Positions 27,901-32,000 of a stretch of 32,000 nt of DNA are shown here, in pieces. Every line of letters begins with the position of its first letter. Position 1 is the first letter of the stretch. The DNA is from Okeania sp. (GTDB lineage: Bacteria > Cyanobacteriota > Cyanobacteriia > Cyanobacteriales > Microcoleaceae), in assembly GCF_035285525.1 (NCBI RefSeq), contig NZ_JAYKGW010000109.1, positions 27,173 to 59,172 on the forward strand, given 5' to 3'. The notes beneath the pieces were generated by a model, which was not told the origin of the DNA, searched no databases, and was given only the letters and a program-made list of their open reading frames with translations. A program made the translations under genes and the position numbers.

Positions 27901-28429
27901 TCGCAACTTTGACTTACGAATCCTGGAATCCTTTAGCCAGGGAGGCGACTTTAGCCAACCGATCGCCGCTGGAGAGGGGGACGATGTGGTTCAGGTGAGC
28001 GCTCAAGATTCTTATATTTTGGGAGAAGGCGGGAATGATCGCCTTTTCGGCGGTTCCAGTAACGACCAATTGCTAGGCGGGAGTGGCGATGATTTTCTCA
28101 GCGGAAATCGAGGCAGTGATCAACTAACCGGCGGGCTTGGCAACGACACCTTTGTGTTCACGGCTTTACACGACGCGGGCGACCTCATTTTTGACTTTGA
28201 AGTCGGCGTTGATTTAATCGATCTCAGTCAACTACTCGACACGCTCAATTATGGAGGCAGTGACCCGATCGCCGATGGTTATGTCCAGTTTGGTGCCGCT
28301 GGGGAAACCCATTCCCAACTGTTTATCGATCCTGACGGGAGTTTGGGAGCAGCCAGTCGTCGGGCCTTTGCATTTCTATTCGATGTGGATGTTGGGGGCC
28401 TGAGTGATGCCACTAATTTTTGCTTTTAG
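18968..28429 (+). CDS. Giant (3,153 aa) secreted multidomain protein: unassigned N-terminal ~1,075 aa, 2 LamG, ~13 FG-GAP/integrin-alpha loops, Calx-beta, RTX repeats, T1SS C-terminal target domain
   Basis: A single uninterrupted ORF with no N-terminal signal peptide (MSNNYGAFAAITVD...). Domain motifs are listed in the sub-features below. All overlapping ORFs in other frames are short and look like GC-driven artefacts. Confidence 0.92.
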   Translation: MSNNYGAFAAITVDAAGTEHAVWEQSGALWHSYFDETANQWVEGRPVATSVGGGKLQLITGDIIPYQVTDTGTGQTFTEYAPGLVAIWADSNGDLFYVVGRYGEDQTVQWSNAVEFGAPNLNNPNDTVFSQDPALALTPATITQEGIATPAAVSVVYSQVDTTVEYIANWRGSLGDQNTLISFRFTGVDSNGDGILSGRGANNSLGDGISNELTSWTMLALSADGTTVLASYDLSQQLALDTFNFNFDLANQQILANADATVFSPSEDLYGLNTGLDRSVDSDDAVWILKSQSASEEIQLQTIPVGSNTPTTIAISSLASAIFPVASQTNDDTDLYSEFIAFTGDARTSDTLTDQNGNMVTFADQIPIPASYEPLGPEAQFLTADTINSKSNEALLGLGATSSSIATTPFGTTQGFNLTFAAASWILTGQIPLPASLIPADSNQTYTLTGSIGTSKEVQDGQVVYVLDTNVSIAEGPTITSGSDESSGRDQFVGTSLSLSLDLSTTFTPDESGDLQYSDASIGLTLGFGTFDAIQLSVPPLPAKLKGGILQGSVTLSKLNFTVNTGVDLATKSTTPQLPIYLTGNVNTPGSIQMVNQTITAFLNGTEGEALAGLPLALLQTIALLTLEENAQGEVEPAEGGILNYPVATVETLIGLLYGLQIVEQVGTLLGDLKNYTFEDLTIGLDYAPNLSGSIGVLFNTLQGNMGAGADIGIDLNVDNTGAASVDLDFAGNLSASASFLLWNWSWGWNKGVSYSFDLSTNSSATLATDSITDSTASGNTGDVTVIYAPTTGSNILYQTTGAVRSDLSDPSAGTLNDLTADDDITLAFDPYTGSVLLAWVAAGGDSTLPLASQTGAVVSRVYASALDSSGRGWDIPTVVNQTNESLHPGFNFNPSGEFFYTNTSTGAIANPATIEDFADYTLNRILVWGFSETAGDLNANSTPDEVQAAIQATDIYYSLSSRPASGGVWSDWSAPEVAFAMAGTDSLPTVGQDPDGNLRLAWVSDSAINDEPLSTIYTSTWDASNDQWTEAAIVAQQSDLRVSKLILDAFGSNPAIYWTDDIAPSYSATVLDDDPAWYYRLNDSGSSVAQNLGNLGSTYNGAYVGGTVAIVADSALVNTETGDGDPDASAQFSATAGGYLSIPFSQSSLNGSYTLELWVKLDSTASGQILLQKLPLATDSNSTPTPEWILQTGEGGTLVFDVGNGEITSEALTTGEWYYVVATLDSSINGTQDNPISALYLNGALVGQQQGSANPKADASVVAGQNLDGQLDEIAIYNALFTPTPDPTVDASGNITNYDPGITGVNAISNHYVARYNLPANVVKDGTFYAVYDGSEWSSSNLFAPQPQDPVTQPLLSRLPTYDVVSTSGLAPDGVTDLYTQISLVNPNATLNAIQVTSPDGNTIWSSNWATDGHLPLAIIQGDELTNNASGVSHTLLGITETFDLYFQGTASTSNYTVKVVFSDGATATQFQPLLPNPSQSGTAGDVISAQGDILEDEVSSLAQIDSGLTLATSEDYVGTAMAAGAFLDGQMAIAIAAPYAKPSANGATGDGAIIIIPAGKTLNSNAGLTLDPTTVPTGGVLITGVEGSQENAGYTLGVGDINGDGKADLVIGAPRGNNQAGIIYVVFGEYLTANSSLNLATLVSEGKALAISGFSSASEAGTALAVGNLNGDDYADILVGAPYGSAGAGEVYAIYGSASSSLTPQLIFTGEAGSTAGFAVDIVPVNSSRHTLNADVHADIVIGAPNYQQTVTFNSRFQNVNAPKDAINAWLATTPTVPDNQNITGSNDLTLTTGRAYVLLGQGGNFATGLTQSALGANNGFILDGSSIFNSDGDAGYSVSGAGDLNGDTYEDLAIGAPAESKGAGSVYVVAGRSSFADYIDQDPLSLAWDSNLILTAPEASAHLGRLVADAGDFNGDGANDLLIGSPNAGYSAGQAHILFGNTSSSNNPLWSSATGNAYSTITPLQPGATQGTAFFNQLASAPDPSFNYFTLNGTNPQDLMVPATDAVDVNGDGVEDLLASALVGNQVGILFGHPWLADEGSLKIKDLTSNQGLIIPGAIDNPTAAPQVILLGDLNGDGYSETLVNNTPTASTLVFGGGTQALLDDSLVTRELTLTQAVSTQYTAVGDVNGDGLQDVVAETSNSALNLNGINNYAQIPNIEAINFDTNDNFTVEAWIWIDTQQPDTQEGDNDIIEKWSEQGGYPFVIRYQRSAGEILVARFDGTNNPAISAKIGTNQFYHVAFVKDGKNLYLYLDGELAASATDTTTNSTQNNSPLFLGRRGASDRPNYFAGQIDNLRIWNVARTQAEIQANLNQTIDKPLTQTNLVGDYTFDNGTVDDSSQKGNNGALEAGATITMVSAITSLLLGNETLGTQETLDISTLPSFSLSSLSGSITNIVPGLDPNGDGFNDWLIQTTEALYWVVGNAEGTIADPVALDLSNAPLTFTEFLGITAIADTNNDGYSDLIGINASSTPELRIPYVIYGSANFGQTDTALTYGQLPTVNLSLSPQLDVLDIGDVNGDGKGDFVVIGSGIEDNLFYLAISGSGETNYTYASLEGENIADTNPLQLIGNGDINGDGFDDVIVGQPSASKVYVVFGSPNWKNVGQTDFIFLPSLTTSATTTVTADGLPLFGLTIEGLANSQAGLTLGGGEDVNGDGFADFAIGAPGVDNLSYVLFGGDFLATLSQGGTIANDVLEGTATGDKIIGSNGADFLDGRGGFDVLVGGSGNDVLAIGDTDFRRVDGGSGRDTLKLAGALNQVWDLTELSSGLRLQNLEVIDMTGYGENTLTLNALTVLNLSTTSNSLFVDADSGANGFTDTLFLASDFTNQGTVSGNGVTYDKYTSAEASIYVTPGVRVISLDTLTVVTTNDDIGSVEVAITSLTAPEENSVAVFDATPRIFVSEGVVSESESEAKFTVTRTGDISEGLTLNYTTLDGTADAGTHFIPRSGKLIFGPGVETLSVDIPLIDDIILRQSNRNFDLRILESFSQGGDFSQPIAAGEGDDVVQVSAQDSYILGEGGNDRLFGGSSNDQLLGGSGDDFLSGNRGSDQLTGGLGNDTFVFTALHDAGDLIFDFEVGVDLIDLSQLLDTLNYGGSDPIADGYVQFGAAGETHSQLFIDPDGSLGAASRRAFAFLFDVDVGGLSDATNFCF
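22196..22813 (+). other. Giant protein domain: LamG / concanavalin-A-like lectin (Laminin_G_3-type) #1
   Basis: AWYYRLNDSGSSVAQNLGN...SYTLELWVKLDSTASGQILLQK...GEWYYVVATLD...LYLNGALVGQQ...LDGQLDEIAIYNALF. Confidence 0.7.
23500..25400 (+). other. Giant protein domain: FG-GAP/integrin-alpha-like beta-propeller block 1 (8 calcium-loop motifs)
   Basis: GDINGDGKADLVIGAP, GNLNGDDYADILVGAP, NADVHADIVIGAP, GDLNGDTYEDLAIGAP, GDFNGDGANDLLIGSP, VDVNGDGVEDLLAS, GDLNGDGYSETLV, GDVNGDGLQDVVAE. Confidence 0.85.
25401..25915 (+). other. Giant protein domain: LamG / concanavalin-A-like lectin #2, inserted between the FG-GAP blocks
   Basis: LNLNGINNYAQIPN...FTVEAWIWID...FYHVAFVKDGKNLYLYLDGELAAS...FAGQIDNLRIWNVARTQAEIQANL. 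Confidence 0.75.
26170..26980 (+). other. Giant protein domain: FG-GAP block 2 (5 calcium-loop motifs)
   Basis: LDPNGDGFNDWLIQ, ADTNNDGYSDLIGI, GDVNGDGKGDFVVIG, GDINGDGFDDVIVGQP, EDVNGDGFADFAIGAP. Confidence 0.8.
27050..27235 (+). other. Giant protein domain: RTX (hemolysin-type calcium-binding) nonapeptide repeats #1
   Basis: LEGTATGDKIIGSNGADFLDGRGGFDVLVGGSGNDVLAIGD...DGGSGRDTL. Confidence 0.8.
27640..27925 (+). other. Giant protein domain: Calx-beta
   Basis: FVSEGVVSESESEAKFTVTRTGDISEGLTLNYTTLDGTADAGTHFIPRSGKLIFGPGVETLSVDIPLIDDIILRQSNRNFDLRI. Confidence 0.8.
27970..28165 (+). other. Giant protein domain: RTX nonapeptide repeats #2
   Basis: GEGGNDRLFGGSSNDQLLGGSGDDFLSGNRGSDQLTGGLGNDTFVF. 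Confidence 0.85.
28166..28426 (+). other. Giant protein domain: type I secretion C-terminal target domain (VC_A0849-subclass-like)
   Basis: GDLIFDFEVGVDLIDLSQLLDTLNYGGSDPIADGYVQFGAAGETHSQLFIDPDG...FAFLFDV, at the extreme C-terminus directly after the RTX repeats. Confidence 0.65.
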
Positions 28430-28505
28430 GGACTGAATCCCCCCTATGTCTCCCTTGCCACCTTTCTCAACCTTGTCCATCTTTTATCAATCCTGCTCAT
28501 TGATT

Positions 28506-29090
28506 ATGAACATGAAATTCTTAACCTTTACCACTAGCGCCATTTTCTCGGCGATCGGGCTGACTCTCACCGCCTTTCCAGCCCAGGCGGCGATTATTCA
28601 TTATGAATTTTCTGTCTTGATCGAGAGTGGCTCCCTCGTTGGGCAAACCTTTGATGGCACTTTTCGTTATGACGATGCCGACGTGGCAGGATCACCCCAG
28701 GCGACGGCGACGGTAACGGGTTTTGATTTCGATTTTAATGGCGCTAACTATTGTTACGGTAATCTTTGTAACGGCAGTATTGGGGAAACCATAATGACTG
28801 CGCCCGTCGCCTATTTTGCCGTTTTCGACCCCAGCGCCTTTGTGGGACTCAACGGCAGTTACATTAATGGCGATTTTTCGTTTGACTTTAACAATGCCTT
28901 TGTCAGTCCCGATGATTCTAGTTTTGACTATAGTCTTTCCGCCTTACCCAACGACTCAGGCGTTGGCAAACCCTCTTATTCCGCTGTTCCTGAACCTTTT
29001 ACACTGTTAGGCGCTGTCTCAGCCCTTTTTTGGGGGGCGACGTTTAAGCGTAAAGTCGGACACAAGGGAAGTGGTCAAAAATTGTCTTAG
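28506..29090 (+). CDS. PEP-CTERM sorting-domain protein with unknown secreted N-terminal domain
   Basis: Signal peptide MNMKFLTFTTSAIFSAIGLTLTAFPAQA. The C-terminus is VPEPFTLLGAVSALFWGATFKRK, i.e. PEP motif, TM helix and basic tail. The ORF track starts at 28446, but ATG 28506 gives a proper signal peptide. Confidence 0.8.
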   Translation: MNMKFLTFTTSAIFSAIGLTLTAFPAQAAIIHYEFSVLIESGSLVGQTFDGTFRYDDADVAGSPQATATVTGFDFDFNGANYCYGNLCNGSIGETIMTAPVAYFAVFDPSAFVGLNGSYINGDFSFDFNNAFVSPDDSSFDYSLSALPNDSGVGKPSYSAVPEPFTLLGAVSALFWGATFKRKVGHKGSGQKLS

Positions 29091-29201
29091 GAGATTAGTG
29101 CAAAATCAATCATAAGCTTTACGATTTTATCCTAAGCTTCCTTAGATTCTTCGTCTAACAGTTATTTTATTTTCAGTTGTTTACCAACACTTTTGTTTAT
29201 C

Positions 29202-30899
29202 ATGCTCAACAAAATTCTGTCCCTGCAATATTTATCTAGCCTGATGACCAAGAAAGCACTGATTTCTCCTATTTGTCAGTTGATGGTCATACCGACCACC
29301 CTATTACTAGGGGCACTGCCCGCAGTGGCTGGCTCAATTGGGTTGCCCCTTCCTACCATTACTGAATTAGCCAAAGATGCTTGGATTTACGGTTTTGCCC
29401 CAGTGACCGTTGCCGAAAAGGAGTTTAATCAAACGATTCCGACTGCTGATGCCGTTTATGCTCCGATCAATAAATTATTCATCGATACGGCTACCCCACT
29501 CCCCGATAATCAACTTTGGGTATCTCCGAATGTCAATGTTGTCTATGCTTCCTCCCATATTGACTTAACGAATCAACCCCTTATTCTCTTTAACCCAGAC
29601 CGGAGTACAACCCCCTTTGCTGATCAATACTTTGTTTGGCAATTTATGGATGCTTACACCAATGACTATGACTATGTTGGAAGTCGTACCACTGGGCAGG
29701 GGGAAGGGACTTATGCCATTGTTGGGCCAAATTTCAACGGAACGATTCCTTTTCCTATCACGAAAACCATCACATCACCCACCAATTCTGGTTGGATTGT
29801 CGGACGATTTGAAGTGACGCCTAACTCTACCTCAGATCGCAATGAGGTTGTAAACTTGATTCAAAAAAACGTTTTTCTAACGCTTAATGAATATCAATCA
29901 TTTATTATTGACGGAAATGACCCAGATTATAAAAATCCAATCATTACAAAACCTGGCATCGAGTTTCCAGAATTAAATGTTGAAGGTCTAGAGTTTTTCA
30001 ATGTTCTGAATCGTTGGTTAGTCAAAAATCCTCCCCCGGCTCTAGACAATCCAATTTTAGGGCAAATTGCTCAAATTGGTATTAGCCCGGTCGAAAGTGA
30101 ACAAATCGAATTTGATGATCAATTTATTATCAATAATCTCGATGAAGCGGCCGCTCTGCTCTTGGGAATTAAAGAGGCAGAAGAAATCGCCGCTATCAAA
30201 ACCATTGAGCCAGACCAAGCCTATTGTGTTGGCAGTGATGTTTCTTTTGATAACTGTTCTGAGGATCAGAAATTATTAATTAATGATGTCCACAATGGTT
30301 GGTTTTATTCTTTGGGAACTCCTTTTGGTAACTTTGAGGATGAGTATCTACCCCGAACCTTATTAGCTCGTGGTGGCTTAGGAGGAAATGTAGTTGAGGA
30401 AGCAGTTTATCCCGTTCGTTTTTTCGATGAAAACGATCAACTCTTATCTCCAACTAAGCAATATACGTTTACGTTTGAAGCGGGGTTTGATCCAGTGAAT
30501 GATCCTGGTTTCTGGTCAATCACAATGTACGACTTAGAAACTGGCGAAATCGTTGCCAATCCCTTGGATCGTTATACTATCGGTAGTCAAAATGACTTAA
30601 TTCCTAATCAGGATGGGTCGATTACGATTTATATTCAGCGGGATAATCCCGGTGGCGATCAAACTAACAACTGGTTGCCCACAGCAGTATCAGGGAATGA
30701 TCCTTTCTATCTTCTATTTCGTGCCTACAACCCCAAGGAAGGATTTTATACGCCTGTTTCTCTCATCCAAGACACGGAAATTCCTTTGCCGAATATCCAG
30801 ACAGAACCAGTTCCCGAACCTTTAACTCTTCTGGGAACTACCACAGCAATTATTTTTGGGGCATCATTTAAGCAACGTCTAAATAGAAAGAATAAGTAG
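29202..30899 (+). CDS. DUF1254/DUF1214-domain protein carrying a PEP-CTERM sorting tail
   Basis: Signal-like N-terminus. AKDAWIYGFAPV is DUF1254-like and DPGFWSITMYD is DUF1214-like. The C-terminus is PVPEPLTLLGTTTAIIFGASFKQRLNRKNK. I prefer ATG 29202 over TTG 29193. Confidence 0.7.
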   Translation: MLNKILSLQYLSSLMTKKALISPICQLMVIPTTLLLGALPAVAGSIGLPLPTITELAKDAWIYGFAPVTVAEKEFNQTIPTADAVYAPINKLFIDTATPLPDNQLWVSPNVNVVYASSHIDLTNQPLILFNPDRSTTPFADQYFVWQFMDAYTNDYDYVGSRTTGQGEGTYAIVGPNFNGTIPFPITKTITSPTNSGWIVGRFEVTPNSTSDRNEVVNLIQKNVFLTLNEYQSFIIDGNDPDYKNPIITKPGIEFPELNVEGLEFFNVLNRWLVKNPPPALDNPILGQIAQIGISPVESEQIEFDDQFIINNLDEAAALLLGIKEAEEIAAIKTIEPDQAYCVGSDVSFDNCSEDQKLLINDVHNGWFYSLGTPFGNFEDEYLPRTLLARGGLGGNVVEEAVYPVRFFDENDQLLSPTKQYTFTFEAGFDPVNDPGFWSITMYDLETGEIVANPLDRYTIGSQNDLIPNQDGSITIYIQRDNPGGDQTNNWLPTAVSGNDPFYLLFRAYNPKEGFYTPVSLIQDTEIPLPNIQTEPVPEPLTLLGTTTAIIFGASFKQRLNRKNK

Positions 30900-30932
30900 C
30901 CTGACGGCAACGCTTTACTCAATGACCGAGAT

Positions 30933-31215
30933 ATGAAAACCGATCCCCAAAATCATTCCTCAACGTTAGAGCAACCCCTCAGAATCGTAAATACTGATAG
31001 TTTTGCGGCAATTCTGACCCAGTTGGGGATTTCTCTCGTTGTTTCCACCTATCAAGCTGGCAAATTGATTGTTATGGGGGCTGAGAATGAGATGAGCGTT
31101 AACACCCATTTTCGTCGTCTAAAAAAATCCCCCCGAAGGTAAACATGAAGCCTGTTTCTTGCTTCGAAATATGCACATCACAGGAGATATTGACATTCAT
31201 GAAACGGTCGCCCCA
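30933..31215 (+). pseudogene. Remnant of a TIGR03032-like conserved hypothetical gene
   Basis: The first 65 codons (...FAAILTQLGISLVVSTYQAGKLIVMG...VNTHFRR) resemble the family N-terminus as I recall it. The frame then stops at 31140-31142. A second fragment in another frame (ACFLLRNMHITGDIDIHETVAPNT*) follows, and the rest of the ~330-aa protein is absent. Confidence 0.35.
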
Positions 31216-31277
31216 AATACGTGACAGCCTAGATCCCCAAAGTAATGAATTGGTTTGTGTAGCCCAAGTGCTGGGTT

Positions 31278-31895
31278 TTACGAGGGGTCTAGATTTCTAT
31301 GACCATAAGGATCTCCCAAGTATTTCCGCAGGTAGGGAGAAAAAACTTCATAAATTAAGGTCAGAGGTTTACCGGCGTGCCAGAACAAATAATGGCGCCC
31401 CCAAAAGGGGCCAGTTTCTTGAAAGGCAGTTTCTAAAGCGGGCTGGTTTCCATAGTACAGACCCTGCACATCCCGATAGAGTTCGCTGTGGAGGCGGGAC
31501 AAACTTTCCCAAATGGGCAAACTGCGATTTTCTAAATACTCGTCCACATGGCTGGCGTCCCACCAAGAGACGGCGTAGGCTAATCGCTGGCCCGAAGCGG
31601 TTCTTAACCAGACCTGGCGCCGGAGCCAGGGACGGGGCACAGCTTCGATTTGGCCCGGCGCCGCCGGATCGGCTTTTTCAACTAAGGACATGTCTAACAC
31701 ATCCACCTCGGTTTTTTCCCCCGTCAGTAGTTGCAAGTGGCGGGTGGGAGAGCCGTCTCCGAGGATTAGCATCTGCCAAGCCGGAGCGAGTTGCCGGTGG
31801 GGCAAACCAGTTTTCACCGTCTGTTGGTCTCCTTGCCACAGCAATTCTAGGCTATGCCAGGAAGAAGCCAGCACCGTTGGGGAAGAGTGTATCAA
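31278..31895 (-). CDS. Chorismate lyase (chorismate pyruvate-lyase, cyanobacterial UbiC-like / DUF564)
   Basis: 205 aa. MLILGDGSPTRHLQLLTGEKTEVDVL...RRQVWLRTASGQRLAYAVSWW fits the cyanobacterial chorismate lyase pattern. The overlapping + strand ORF 31145-31900 is its antisense shadow. Confidence 0.6.
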   Translation of the reverse strand: MIHSSPTVLASSWHSLELLWQGDQQTVKTGLPHRQLAPAWQMLILGDGSPTRHLQLLTGEKTEVDVLDMSLVEKADPAAPGQIEAVPRPWLRRQVWLRTASGQRLAYAVSWWDASHVDEYLENRSLPIWESLSRLHSELYRDVQGLYYGNQPALETAFQETGPFWGRHYLFWHAGKPLTLIYEVFSPYLRKYLGDPYGHRNLDPS

Positions 31896-31946
31896 AGTGA
31901 AGTTACAAAAATTTACGTCTTTTTTAAGATAGCAAACCCAAGACGG

Positions 31947-32000
31947 TTAGCGATCCGGCAGGAGGCCGCAGACCTGCAACCGTTGCGCCAGCGCCGGAAA
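31947..32000 (-). CDS. 3' end of an unidentified gene running off the window
   Basis: The minus strand reads ...FPALAQRLQVCGLLPDR* with its stop at 31947-31949. Only 17 codons are visible. Confidence 0.25.
   Translation of the reverse strand, partial: FPALAQRLQVCGLLPDR

Noticed and set aside
31145-31932. 251-aa + strand ORF (and 31369-31566, 31690-31932) overlapping the chorismate lyase gene
   Set aside because: It is an antisense shadow of the minus-strand gene, with an R/P/G-rich translation and no motifs. The minus-strand product has a recognisable family signature.

Overview
The window consists of two compositionally different halves. Positions 1 to ~16.5 kb are AT-rich (low-30s % GC by eye) and resemble a filamentous (Nostocales-like) cyanobacterial chromosome. 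I counted 12 HIP1 octamers (GCGATCGC) there, plus STRR-type heptamer tracts, several hairpin/MITE-like repeat families and long intergenic spacers. Intact genes in this half: NUDIX hydrolase, LD-carboxypeptidase, CSP41-like epimerase, PsiE-like membrane protein, nitrate-reductase-associated protein, rimM, a TPR protein and a CocE/NonD hydrolase. At least four genes are decayed: a PLP-dependent threonine dehydratase/serine racemase-like gene, an AlbA_2/ATPase 'RecG-like' gene, a UPF0175 antitoxin remnant cut by MITEs, and a zinc-ribbon Ser/Thr kinase-GUN4 gene with one in-frame TAG. From ~16.6 kb to the end the DNA is ~50% GC, has only 2 HIP1 sites and none of the left-half repeat families. All intact genes there except the last two are on the + strand: an OmpR-type response regulator, a PhoR/SphS-like histidine kinase, a 3,153-aa giant secreted protein, then two PEP-CTERM proteins. 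The giant protein has an unassigned N-terminus, 2 LamG domains, ~13 FG-GAP calcium loops, a Calx-beta domain, RTX repeats and a T1SS C-terminal signal. One PEP-CTERM protein is a DUF1254/DUF1214 fusion. A TIGR03032-like gene remnant and a chorismate lyase follow. I found no tRNA, rRNA, CRISPR array, integrase or transposase. The best leads are the signature break at ~16.5 kb (recent island or chimeric assembly) and the co-oriented two-component / giant T1SS protein / PEP-CTERM block as a candidate cell-surface module. Function calls rest on remembered motifs, not database searches.
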